A stretch of 52,295 nt of DNA from a virus (taxonomy: Duplodnaviria; Caudoviricetes). The notes under the pieces are model-generated. The model ran no database searches. It saw nothing but the letters and a program-made list of their open reading frames with translations, and had not been told where the DNA came from. The stretch covers positions 1 through 52,295 of the IMG/VR virus record IMGVR_UViG_3300045963_000039; one strand, given 5' to 3'. A program made the translations under genes and the position numbers. Positions 18,064 through 27,681 of the stretch are shown piece after piece (within the stretch, counting starts at the first letter, position 1; each line of letters starts with the position of its first letter).

Positions 18064-18560
18064 TGAGTACTGCTACTGTACAAGAAGAAAGAAGAAAGGC
18101 AGATGATCTAGCTGCACTATATACTAAATTAGGTGAACTAGCCTCTAAGTCTGAGACAAATGCAGATAGCATATCAAAGTTATGGGCTAGTCATACTACT
18201 GTAGAGAAAGAGATAGAGGCTAAACTAAGCTCGTTGACCACCTCTGTAACTACTTTCTCTACTCAATTTCAAGTATATATGGCCTCTCAAAAGTCATCTA
18301 GTGAAACTAAATATGATATATTTAAAACAGGATGGCCTGTATTAGTCACTCTGGTGGGTGCTGCCTTCTTTCTATTTCAACTAATAGACTCTAGACTTCC
18401 TCCTAAATTCGTACAACAACCCCCCGTAAAAGTAGAGTCTAGTACAGAGTCTCTAGAGTTTCTTAGACAAATGATGAAAGAGCAGAGTGAAACTATGAGT
18501 AAGATTAATGACTCTTTACTCGATATAAGTAACAAAAAGTCTGTTAAGTTCAGTAAATAA
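18063..18560 (+). CDS. Coiled-coil membrane protein (lysis-associated?)
   Basis: Helical N-terminal region, one TM (WPVLVTLVGAAFFLFQLI); adjacent to holin. Confidence 0.65.
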   Translation: MSTATVQEERRKADDLAALYTKLGELASKSETNADSISKLWASHTTVEKEIEAKLSSLTTSVTTFSTQFQVYMASQKSSSETKYDIFKTGWPVLVTLVGAAFFLFQLIDSRLPPKFVQQPPVKVESSTESLEFLRQMMKEQSETMSKINDSLLDISNKKSVKFSK

Positions 18561-18575
18561 TTATATAGGAAAAGT

Positions 18576-18998
18576 ATGTTTGATATACCAGCAGCAGTAG
18601 AAGCAGGATCTAATTTAATTAGTAAGATCCTAGATAAAGTAGCACCTGATGCAGACTTTGCAGAAAAGAATAGAATTACTCTAGCTCTAACAGAGATGCA
18701 GAATGAGTATAATGTAGTTCTAGCACAATTAAAGATCAATGATACAGAGGCTGCATCTCCTAGCTTCTTTGTTGCTGGAGCAAGACCTGCTGCTATGTGG
18801 GTAGGCGTTATCTCATTGGCATACTCTGGCATTGGTATTTCACTCTTATCATGGATCAGTCTTCTATTCGGTGGAGCACCTCTACCATTCATAGATACCT
18901 CTACCCAAATGAACTTACTAATGGGTCTATTAGGTCTTGGTGGTATGCGTACTTATGAAAAGACTAAAGGTGTAGATACTAAAACTATGGGGAAATAG
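18576..18998 (+). CDS. Holin (GTA-holin 3TM family)
   Basis: EA.S.S.FVAGARPA..WV and LLGLGGMRTYEK motifs. Confidence 0.85.
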   Translation: MFDIPAAVEAGSNLISKILDKVAPDADFAEKNRITLALTEMQNEYNVVLAQLKINDTEAASPSFFVAGARPAAMWVGVISLAYSGIGISLLSWISLLFGGAPLPFIDTSTQMNLLMGLLGLGGMRTYEKTKGVDTKTMGK

Positions 18999-19276
18999 TG
19001 CTAATAAAAGTCTCTGATATAAGAAAAGATTCTATACACATAAGATTTATACGAAGAGAAGATGCTAATTTAGAATATCCAGAGTATCTTACTCATACAA
19101 TATTAGAACCGATAGGTGATGGTGGGGCTGAATTAAAAGGATTTAATAATTCTTTTAAAATGACATCTAAAATATATAAAATGGTTTTAGAAGTAGCACG
19201 TCAACGAGGTTATATATATGTTAATGTTACTCGTATTAAAAATGATAAGCCAATAAAGAAGACATTCTGGCTATAA
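18998..19276 (+). CDS. Hypothetical protein
   Basis: 92 aa; GTG start coupled to the holin stop. Confidence 0.65.
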   Translation: MLIKVSDIRKDSIHIRFIRREDANLEYPEYLTHTILEPIGDGGAELKGFNNSFKMTSKIYKMVLEVARQRGYIYVNVTRIKNDKPIKKTFWL

Positions 19277-19283
19277 GGATACT

Positions 19284-20621
19284 ATGTCAGTTATAACAAT
19301 ACCATACCAATTTACTCCTAGAATATATCAAAAGGAGCTATTAGCTGCTAGAGATCATGGGTTTAAAAGACTACTGGCTATCTACCACCGTAGAGCTGGT
19401 AAAGATAAAACTATGTTCAACATGACAGTCAGAGAGGCTGTAAAGAGAAGAGGTGTTTATTACTACTTCTTTCCAGAGTATGCTCAAGGAAGACGGGTAA
19501 TATGGGATGGGATGGACTCTTCTGGATTCCCATTCATAGAGCATATACCAGAGCCTCTCATCCAATCTAAGAATAGTACTGAGATGAAGATAGTCCTTAC
19601 AAATGGGAGTGTTATTCAAATTATGGGGACTGATAAGTTCAATAAAGTTCGTGGTGCTAATCCTGTAGGATGTGTATTCTCAGAGTATGCTTTCCAAAAC
19701 CCTAAAGCATGGAATATTATCAGACCTATTCTAGCAGAGAATGAAGGGTGGGCAGCATTTAACTCCTCTACAAATGGAAAAAACCATTTCTATGATATGT
19801 TCCAAATGGCCTCTAGAAATCAGAATTGGTTTGTACAGAATTATAATGTAGAACAAACCTTAGATGAGAATGGAAATAGATATGTATCTGATGAGGTAAT
19901 AGAGGAAGAAAGAGCCTCTGGTATGTCTGAAGAAATGATACAACAAGAGTTTTATAACTCATGGACTGCAAACTCACAAGGTTTTTATTATCTATCTCTA
20001 CTAGAAGACCTCGATAAAAGTGGTAATATTACTAAAGTTCCTCATGATCCTTCAGCTCCTGTAGAGACATGGTGGGATATTGGAATGGGAGATAGTACTT
20101 GTATCTGGTTTACTCAAACTATGGGTAAGGAAATTCATGTTATAGATTACTATGCATCCAACAATAAAGGATTAGATCACTATGCTAAGAAATTACAGAG
20201 TAATAGGTATGTCTACAAGTCTCATAACTTTCCTTGGGATATGATTAATACTGAGTTTGGTACAGGACGTACTCGCTATGAAGTTGCAGAAGAGCTCTTT
20301 AAAGGCACTAGACTTAACATACTCCCTAAACTAAGTAAAGAGGAGGGGATCAACGCAGTACGAATGATCCTCCCGCAATGTAGATTCGATAAGAAATTAA
20401 CACTAGATGGATTAGATGGATTAAAGAACTATAGAAAGGAGTGGGATGAAAAGAATCAAGTATTCAAAACAACACCAGTGCATGATTGGGCATCAGATCC
20501 AGCAGACGCATTTAGATATTTAGCAATAGGTATAACAATGCCTAAATCTAGATCTTTTAAAAATGAATTTATGAGAGCTAACTCTAAGTTAATCTCTACT
20601 AGAAATTGGAAGACAGCTTAA
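19284..20621 (+). CDS. terL: Terminase large subunit
   Basis: HRRAGKD (Walker A), VFSEYA (Walker B), STNGKNHF, WDIG..D and HDWASDPADAFRY nuclease motifs. Confidence 0.95.
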   Translation: MSVITIPYQFTPRIYQKELLAARDHGFKRLLAIYHRRAGKDKTMFNMTVREAVKRRGVYYYFFPEYAQGRRVIWDGMDSSGFPFIEHIPEPLIQSKNSTEMKIVLTNGSVIQIMGTDKFNKVRGANPVGCVFSEYAFQNPKAWNIIRPILAENEGWAAFNSSTNGKNHFYDMFQMASRNQNWFVQNYNVEQTLDENGNRYVSDEVIEEERASGMSEEMIQQEFYNSWTANSQGFYYLSLLEDLDKSGNITKVPHDPSAPVETWWDIGMGDSTCIWFTQTMGKEIHVIDYYASNNKGLDHYAKKLQSNRYVYKSHNFPWDMINTEFGTGRTRYEVAEELFKGTRLNILPKLSKEEGINAVRMILPQCRFDKKLTLDGLDGLKNYRKEWDEKNQVFKTTPVHDWASDPADAFRYLAIGITMPKSRSFKNEFMRANSKLISTRNWKTA

Positions 20622-22633
20622 TGGCAATAGAAGATTTAAAAGACTATGATTTAGCTACACGACACTGGCTCCGTTATCAACACTCCCTTCTAAGAGGACA
20701 TAATACCTACCAACGCCAAGCACGTCTCTGTGAGGACTTTTATTTAGGTGGTGGTAGGCAGTGGTCAGATGATGATAAACAGGCCTTAGATGACCTTGGA
20801 AGACCTTGGTTAGAAGAGAATATAATCTTTAGTACAGTTAATACTGTAGTAGGTTATCAAACTCAGTCTAGGATGGACATAGCATATAAACCTAGAGAAG
20901 ACGATGATCAGAAAATATCTGATGTACTCTCTAAGGTAGCGATGTTCTTAACAGATCAGAACAAGTTTCCTTGGAAAGAGAGTACAGTCTTTGCAGATGG
21001 GTTAATACAGCAAAGAGGTTACTTTGACATTAAAATGGACTTTAATGAGAATGTATATGGTGATATATCTATAGAGGTGTTAGATCCTCTTGATGTTATA
21101 CCAGATCCAGATTCTAAGAGTTATGACCCAGATGACTGGGCAGATGTAACAACTACCTCCTGGATGACCTTCGATGATATTAAGACTACCTACGGTCTAG
21201 CTAAATGGAGACAAGTTCAAGCTCAAATTGAGTCATCTCCTGACTTTGGTAGAGGTACTCTAGAGCAAGAAAGAAATAAATTTGGTACTACTAATAACTT
21301 CTCTTCTTTTTATGTAAGTGAAGCGGATGTACCACATGCTCGTATTATCAATAGACAGTACTGGAAGTTACAAAATAGAGAATTCTTCTTTGATCCAGTT
21401 GTAGGTGATCTATATCCTACTTCTGACTCTATGACTACTAAAGATAAAAAGAAGTATGCTAAAGATAATAAGTTTGAGATTATTAAGAAGACCACTAAGC
21501 GAGTAAGATGGACAGTATCTACAAAAGATGTAGTTCTATTTGATGAGTGGAGCCCTTATGATCACTTTACAACAGTCCCATACTTTCCTTATTTTAGGAG
21601 AGGTGTAACAGTAGGTCTTGTAGATAATCTTATTAAGACTCAAGAGATGCTTAATAAAGTATTCTCTCAAATATTGCATACAGTAAATACTACAGCAAAC
21701 TCTGGATGGATTGTAGAAGAAAACTCCTTATCTAATATGGATACAGAAGATCTTGAAGATGTAGGTGGTCAGACCGGCCTAGTATTAGAGTTTAAAGCTG
21801 GTAGACAAAAACCAGAAAAGATTGAACCAAATCAGGTTCCTAGTGGTCTAAAGGATTTAGTCACTTCAGGAATTGATCTAATAAGATTGATATCAGGAGT
21901 CTCTGAAACATTCCAAGGTGGAAAAGGCCCAGAGGTATCTGGTGCAGCTATACAATCTAGAGTTCATCAGTCAGCCATCCAACTGGCAAGTCCAATCGAC
22001 AACCTATTTAGAACTCGTAATATGATAGCTGACCGTATATTAAAGCTACTACAAGCTTTCTATACACAAGAAAGAACATTCATGATTGTTGGGCCTAATC
22101 CTAATGGGAAACATGTACCACAGAAAGTCACAATTAATAAAGAATCAGATGATGGTTCTAGCCTTATTAATGATATTACTGTTGGTAAATATGATGTTGT
22201 AATTGCAGATGTTCCTACACAGATTACCTTCCAAAATGCTCAGTTCTCTCAAGCTATAGAACTTAGAAAATATGGTGTTCAGATACCTGATGATGAAATG
22301 GTTCTAATGAGTACTCTATCTAGAAAAGTTGATATAGCTAAAAAGTTATCAGGAGATCAAACACCTGAACAACAACAGCAAGCTCAGCTTCAAGTTGAAA
22401 CAATGAAGAAGACTATCGAAGATATGGAGTCTAAAGCAAAAGCTAAGAATGCTGAGGCACTAAAACAAATAGCAGATGTTGCTACACTTATTGCAGCTAA
22501 TCCTAAATTAAGCCCATTAATGGATGCACTATTATCCACTCTAGATTCTGATGAGTCTACTGAATCACCTAATGAACAAGATCAAGCTCCTTCTGTACAG
22601 CCTGCTCAACCACAGCAATTAGGACAGACATAA
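20621..22633 (+). CDS. Portal protein
   Basis: FY.G..QW, GRP.L..N, Q..LNK..S..LH, SG.AI..R; follows TerL; ATG 20621 by TAATG coupling. Confidence 0.9.
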   Translation: MAIEDLKDYDLATRHWLRYQHSLLRGHNTYQRQARLCEDFYLGGGRQWSDDDKQALDDLGRPWLEENIIFSTVNTVVGYQTQSRMDIAYKPREDDDQKISDVLSKVAMFLTDQNKFPWKESTVFADGLIQQRGYFDIKMDFNENVYGDISIEVLDPLDVIPDPDSKSYDPDDWADVTTTSWMTFDDIKTTYGLAKWRQVQAQIESSPDFGRGTLEQERNKFGTTNNFSSFYVSEADVPHARIINRQYWKLQNREFFFDPVVGDLYPTSDSMTTKDKKKYAKDNKFEIIKKTTKRVRWTVSTKDVVLFDEWSPYDHFTTVPYFPYFRRGVTVGLVDNLIKTQEMLNKVFSQILHTVNTTANSGWIVEENSLSNMDTEDLEDVGGQTGLVLEFKAGRQKPEKIEPNQVPSGLKDLVTSGIDLIRLISGVSETFQGGKGPEVSGAAIQSRVHQSAIQLASPIDNLFRTRNMIADRILKLLQAFYTQERTFMIVGPNPNGKHVPQKVTINKESDDGSSLINDITVGKYDVVIADVPTQITFQNAQFSQAIELRKYGVQIPDDEMVLMSTLSRKVDIAKKLSGDQTPEQQQQAQLQVETMKKTIEDMESKAKAKNAEALKQIADVATLIAANPKLSPLMDALLSTLDSDESTESPNEQDQAPSVQPAQPQQLGQT

Positions 22634-23136
22634 TGAAATTTGATGAAGCTTTTGAGAAACTAATAGGTAATGAAGGTAGTTACTCTGGAAATAGTAATGA
22701 TTCTGGGAATTGGACAGGAGGAAAGATTAGCTCTGGTACTCTAAAAGGTACTAAGTATGGTATCTCAGCGGCCTCTTATCCATCTATAGATATTAAGAAT
22801 CTTACTCTTGAGCAAGCTAAAGGGATCTATATTAAGGACTACTGGAATAAGTTAGGTCTTGATAGACTGCCTCCAGAAATGGCTTTTGATATGTTTGATA
22901 CAGCAGTAAATAGTGGTGTGTCTAGAGCTATTAAGCTTTTACAACATACTGTTGGAACAATAGAAGACGGTATTATAGGGCCTAAAACATTAGATATTGC
23001 ATCTGATTTTATACCCTCAGTACTAAAAATGAGATTTAATGCAAATAGACTACTCTTTATGACTAATCTAAATGCATGGGATGATTTTGGCAAAGGATGG
23101 GCTAGAAGAGTAGCAAATAATATGCTACTTATTTAA
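22633..23136 (+). CDS. Endolysin, glycoside hydrolase family 108 with PG-binding domain
   Basis: NEG.YS...D.GN..GG, TKYGI, FDTAVNSG, DGIIGPKT, FGKGWARRV. Confidence 0.92.
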   Translation: MKFDEAFEKLIGNEGSYSGNSNDSGNWTGGKISSGTLKGTKYGISAASYPSIDIKNLTLEQAKGIYIKDYWNKLGLDRLPPEMAFDMFDTAVNSGVSRAIKLLQHTVGTIEDGIIGPKTLDIASDFIPSVLKMRFNANRLLFMTNLNAWDDFGKGWARRVANNMLLI

Positions 23137-23189
23137 CTCGTTTCACTGAACGTATCAGTGTTATAGTAACCTAACGATATAGGAAATGT

Positions 23190-24107
23190 ATGGCGTTTAA
23201 CGAAGAATATGATGATTTAGATGAAACTCTTGAAGATGAAGATCGTGGTAATGATCTAACTGGAGAAGATGATGAAGAGGCTGAAGATGAGGATTCAGAT
23301 GATACTGAAGAGTCAGAAGAGGAGGGAGATGATGAGGAAGTTGAAGAAGAGGAAGAGCCTGCTAAACCCAGTCCTGCAAGAATACCTAAAGCTAGATTAG
23401 ATGAAGTTATTCGTCAAAGAGAAGAGGCTAAAGAAAGGAATCTTTGGTTAGAGGAACAATTAGAGAAACTAATAAATCAAAAATCTTCTACTCAAGAGGC
23501 TGCAAAACCAGCAAAGCTAACTTATGATTATGCTACTGCTGAAGGTAAGTATATAGATTTAATCATAGAAGGTCAGACTAAAGAAGCAGCAGCTCTTAGA
23601 TCAGAGATTGATAGATTTAGACGTGATGAAATGATGGAGTTAATCTCCGAAGTTAAAAATACATCATCTGCTCAAGCTAAAACAGAATCAGCTCAAGCTC
23701 TAGATCAAGATAGATTTAATACTCTAATTGAGAACATGGAGTCTAAGTATAAGTTCCTAGACTCATCTCACAAATCTTATAATGAAGAAGCAGTAGATAC
23801 TATAAATACACTGTTAGCAGGCTATATAGCAGCAGGCAAAACTAAGTCAGAAGGACTCAGATTAGCAGTAAATAAAGTAGCACCCTTATATGAAAAAGAA
23901 GTTACACCTGTTAAACAAACTCTAGGTAAAAAGAGGATAGAAGAGTCTGGTAAGAAGGCTGTTGTAGCTGCTAAATCTCAACCACCTAAATCTAAATCAT
24001 CATCTGTAAAGAGTATAGATCTTGACGCTATTAATATAAATAAGTTGTCTGATAAAGACTTTAAGAGTCTTACAGAGAAAGAAAGGCGTACTCTAAGAGG
24101 TGACTAG
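23190..24107 (+). CDS. Capsid scaffolding protein (putative)
   Basis: Acidic N-terminus, IPKARLDEV, coiled coil; between portal and capsid. Confidence 0.75.
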   Translation: MAFNEEYDDLDETLEDEDRGNDLTGEDDEEAEDEDSDDTEESEEEGDDEEVEEEEEPAKPSPARIPKARLDEVIRQREEAKERNLWLEEQLEKLINQKSSTQEAAKPAKLTYDYATAEGKYIDLIIEGQTKEAAALRSEIDRFRRDEMMELISEVKNTSSAQAKTESAQALDQDRFNTLIENMESKYKFLDSSHKSYNEEAVDTINTLLAGYIAAGKTKSEGLRLAVNKVAPLYEKEVTPVKQTLGKKRIEESGKKAVVAAKSQPPKSKSSSVKSIDLDAININKLSDKDFKSLTEKERRTLRGD

Positions 24108-24153
24108 TTTGGTTTGCAGCTTACCATTCTAAGCTGAGTAAATTGGAGATTAA

Positions 24154-24492
24154 ATGAGTTTCGTAATTAATAATGGCTTTAAACGTGTAGTAACTATTAC
24201 TGGTTATTTTCAAGCTGATGGTACTCCTGGTCAGATCCAAGGTGTTCCAGTATGGTCTGTATCTAAACCAAGTGCATCTTTGGTAGTTGCTCCAGATGGT
24301 ATGAGTGCAGAGGTATTCTATGTCTCTCCTGATACTGCTGTCGAAGTAACTTCAGTTGCTAATGGTGATCTTGGTACTGGCGTATCTCATGTAACTATTA
24401 CTGATGTTTTCGATATGGTGGAACTTCCCGTGGTTAGTACTATTAGTGCTGTATCTGGAACATCTACTGTATCTGATCAAATCCCAGTATAA
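24154..24492 (+). CDS. Small beta-rich (Ig-like?) virion protein
   Basis: 112 aa; WSVS...SLVVAPDGMSA.V; GGAG RBS. Confidence 0.65.
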   Translation: MSFVINNGFKRVVTITGYFQADGTPGQIQGVPVWSVSKPSASLVVAPDGMSAEVFYVSPDTAVEVTSVANGDLGTGVSHVTITDVFDMVELPVVSTISAVSGTSTVSDQIPV

Positions 24493-24860
24493 TGTCTAAC
24501 CTAGACTCACTCTTAACAGAGTTAAGGTATGCTTTCTTAAATGAAGAGAAAGTAATAAAAGGATATGTAGGACTCTTAGCCTTACCTAAAGAATTCTTAA
24601 GTGATGAGGCTAGGTTTCAACTAGATATATTATATACAAAAGCAGTTGTAAAACTGTCTACTATAAAAAATACGATAGACTGTCTATTAGCTCTTCAAAG
24701 TATGGGTTATCCTAATACATTAGAAGATAAGGTATCACACGATACTCTCTTAGAACTTCAAATGGAAGCTAGTGCTATACAGTCTGCAATAACTAATCTA
24801 GTAGATGGCGGGACTTTGATAGGTAAGTCCGAGGTTTCTCCTCAAATACCAATCATATAG
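24492..24860 (+). CDS. Hypothetical protein
   Basis: 122 aa; TAATG coupling. Confidence 0.7.
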   Translation: MSNLDSLLTELRYAFLNEEKVIKGYVGLLALPKEFLSDEARFQLDILYTKAVVKLSTIKNTIDCLLALQSMGYPNTLEDKVSHDTLLELQMEASAIQSAITNLVDGGTLIGKSEVSPQIPII

Positions 24861-25075
24861 TTTAGTACTCTAAAGGTACTCGGGATGAGATCAGCTAGTC
24901 CGATAACCTAGCGAGGGATTGTGTAACCCTCACTCTAAGCCCTATAGTATACAATTGTGTATCAATCATCTATAGGCACTCAATTTTTTTCGTATACCTT
25001 TACGTTAGAAGGTCGGCAAGGACTCCGTATGTTCACAATAACTTTAATATTAACATATAAAATAGGAAGCCTAAA

Positions 25076-25452
25076 ATGGCGTTAACAAACTTCGCTGGCT
25101 TAACATCCCAGCAAAAACTTGTCTGGTCTAGAGAGATCTGGCAGGCAGCTCGTGATTTATCATTCATCAATAAATTTGTTGGTGGTCCTGATGCTGTAAT
25201 TCAACGTATTACTGAGTTGACTAAAACTGAAAAAGGCGAACAGGTAATCATGTTCCTCTTGGCAGATTTGGTAGATGACGGTGTTGTTGGTGATAGCGAA
25301 AGGGAAGGTAACGAAGAAGAGATGAAGTCTTACAACCAGACTATCTCTATTGATTTGTTGTCTCACGGAGTTAGACAGAAGGGTAAATTAGCTGAGCAAA
25401 AGACTGTAGTTGGTTTTAGAGAAAATGCTCGTGACAGATTAGCATATTGGCT
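25076..25452 (+). CDS. Major capsid protein exon 1 (N4-gp56/DUF4043 type)
   Basis: MALTNF..L, IQRITELTK..KG, GV.GD...EGNEE, FRE.ARD.LAYW; ends in CT before the intron. Confidence 0.88.
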
Positions 25453-25613
25453 TAACGATACCAGGCCCTTAGCAGCGTAAGTTGTTTAGCAAATCCCTCT
25501 AATTGCTGGAAACTCTTTAAAATAGTTAAACTACAACATAATCTGAAAAGATAAGTGTGAATGTCAAAAATTAACTATTATAAGACAATCAGCAGCTAAT
25601 ACCCTAAAAAGTC

Positions 25614-25641
25614 TTGACAAACTAAAAATTTGTGATATACT
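25614..25641 (+). promoter_or_regulatory. Intron-internal sigma70 promoter for the homing endonuclease
   Basis: TTGACA-16-TATACT with extended TG, upstream of GGGGGAG RBS and ATG 25712. Confidence 0.6.
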
Positions 25642-25711
25642 ATATGGGTAAAGTTCAGAGACTAGTCGAAAGACGTAGAGTTATAGTATTAACTTGAAAT
25701 GGGGGAGTAGT

Positions 25712-26297
25712 ATGCATTATTGTAAGTCTTGTAATGAGACAGATTTAAGTAAGTTCGGAGTTCACTCAACATCTAAAAAGCCACATGGTTATTGCAGAGT
25801 GTGTAGGAACTCTAGGTATATTGAAAAATCTAGAGAATATTACCAGTCAGATAAAGGCAAGTGTATAAAAGCTAAATCTGATAAAAAATACTATATAGAT
25901 AATGTAGATAAAAGAATATAATAAACTTTATAGACTTAAAAATGCTGAGCATATAAAGAAGTCTAGAAGGGATTCATACCTTAAAAATAAAGATGAAATA
26001 CTATTAAAATTATCTAATTATAAAAAGAATAATAAAGATAAAGTAAATAATCTATGTGCAAAGAGAAGAGCTAGTAAATTATCAGCTACTCCAGATTGGG
26101 GTAAGTTAAATTTATTAATTATAGAAGAAGCATATAATCTATCTAAACTAAGAGATGAGTTAACGAATATAAAATGACATGTTGATCATATAATACCTTT
26201 AAATAATAATAAAGTATGTGGATTACATGTTGGAATAAATCTACAAGTTATACCAAGAATAGAAAACTTAATAAAATCTAATAATGTAAGACTATAA
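25712..26297 (+). pseudogene. Intron-encoded HNH homing endonuclease, disrupted
   Basis: CxxC...CxxC N-terminus; +1 frame change near 25908-25918; RRASKLSATPDW; in-frame TGA at 26175 just before HVDHIIPL...VCGLHV..NLQVI...EN..K.N. Confidence 0.85.
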
Positions 26298-26355
26298 GAT
26301 ATAGTCCGATCTCTATAGAGATATAGAGTGAGAAAGGATTTCTCGTAACATAATG

Positions 26356-27082
26356 TGCCAATCGTATGGATCAGCTAGCTTTCTTAACTATGGCAGGTAT
26401 TTCTTATGCCTTTAACAATGATGGTTCTCCTAGAACCTCAGGAGCTTTCGCAAGCTTGTCATTTGCATCTACTGTCGCTGCACCTACTACCAACCGTGCT
26501 AAACGTTGGGATGGGTTAAATAGCCAGTTAGTAGCAAGTAACACTGCTGCAATGCTTGCAACAGATACTTTAACTTATAAAGCTATCGTAGATACTGTTG
26601 TACAAGCTAAAACTCATTATATTAAGCCTTTGATGCAAGGTGGTAAAGAATACTATGTAGCCTTTATTCGCCCTGAAGGTCTTGCTCAGCTTAAGAAAGA
26701 TCAAGATTATCAAAGAGCAGTTGTAACTGGTGCTGATCGTGGCAAAGATAACCCTTTCTTCTCTGGTGGTATTCTGACTATTGATGGTGTTGTTTTCCAA
26801 GAACATCGTTTAGTCTATAATACTAAAGGTGCTTTATCTGGCTCTAAGTGGGGCGCATCAGGTACTATTGACGGTTCTAGAATGATGCTTTGTGGTAGCC
26901 AAGCTTTAGGTATGGCTGATCTAGGCGCTCCAGAATGGAATGAAAAATGGTTTAACTATGCTTCATCTCCTGGTATTAACGTAGATAAGATGTTTGGTTT
27001 ATTGAAACCTAAATTCTTCAGCATCTACGATAAGAGCGTTGAAGATTTCGGTGTATTCTGCGTAGATCACGCTATCTCTTAA
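26356..27082 (+). CDS. Major capsid protein exon 2
   Basis: (L)ANRMDQLAFL..., IKP, NPFFSG, CGSQAL, K.FGL.KP.F, EDFGV..VD.A; spliced product 367 aa. Confidence 0.88.
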
Positions 27083-27092
27083 TAACTATTAA

Positions 27093-27127
27093 ACTGCCTA
27101 TTGGGGATTCTCGGTGGGCAGTCTTTT
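27093..27127 (+). terminator. Stem-loop/terminator after capsid gene
   Basis: actgcctattggg-gatt-ctcggtgggcagt then ctttt. Confidence 0.6.
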
Positions 27128-27137
27128 AAGGATTTAT

Positions 27138-27209
27138 ATGAAAAAGACACCTAAAGTACCAGCTAAGATGCCAATGAAAATGCCTACTAAAAAGAAAGGC
27201 AAGTGCTAA
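27138..27209 (+). CDS. 23-aa Lys/Pro/Met-rich basic peptide
   Basis: MKKTPKVPAKMPMKMPTKKKGKC; TAAGGA RBS. Confidence 0.6.
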   Translation: MKKTPKVPAKMPMKMPTKKKGKC

Positions 27210-27235
27210 TTAACATACAACTCGGAAATAAATAA

Positions 27236-27673
27236 ATGGCTATTACAAAAAAAGCAGGTCGTCAGGAAGTCATCCTGGCTACTTCAACATTCGCCTTAGC
27301 AGATTTGGTAAGTGGTACAGCGGTTGCTGCTATTGATCTACCATCTAAAGCTAGGGTTATCAATACTCTCTTGCGTATTGATACAGCTTTCAATAGTGGT
27401 ACTACAGATGCTTTGGTAGTCCAAAGTAACGAAGGTACTCCTAAAGCATATATTACCATCGCAGCAGCAGCAGGTTCTCTTGCAGCCGGTAAAGTCTGGT
27501 CAGGTGATCCAGGTTTGGCAGGTACTGCCTCCTCTAACACCGCTTTCGTAAACCCAGTAGTGTCTACTATTGATATTAAATGGACTGGCGCTGGTACTGT
27601 AGCTACTACAGGATCAGGCGTTCTGTTAGTTGAATATATTAGAGATGATAGAGCCGAATTCTCACAAGGCTAA
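27236..27673 (+). CDS. Capsid decoration/cement-like protein
   Basis: LP..ARV......IDTAFNSGT...L motif; follows capsid, precedes terminator. Confidence 0.7.
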   Translation: MAITKKAGRQEVILATSTFALADLVSGTAVAAIDLPSKARVINTLLRIDTAFNSGTTDALVVQSNEGTPKAYITIAAAAGSLAAGKVWSGDPGLAGTASSNTAFVNPVVSTIDIKWTGAGTVATTGSGVLLVEYIRDDRAEFSQG

Positions 27674-27681
27674 ATAACACG

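Larger units (their letters stand above)
25453..26355 (+). mobile_element. Group I self-splicing intron (903 nt)
   Basis: P AATTGCTGGAAA (25501), Q AATCAGCAGC (~25587), R GTTCAGAGACTA (~25653), S AAGATATAGTCC (26296); 5' exon ends in U, intron ends in G; P1 GGCU/GGCC; removal restores W-L-A-N-R-M in frame. Confidence 0.92.

Noticed and set aside
25076-25480. Capsid gene as two separate or truncated ORFs, or a pseudogene
   Set aside because: Explained by group I intron splicing that restores the frame.
26175-26177. TGA read as Trp (alternative genetic code)
   Set aside because: TGA is used as a stop in many ATGA-coupled genes and TGG encodes Trp throughout; this is a single lesion in a gene that is also frameshifted.
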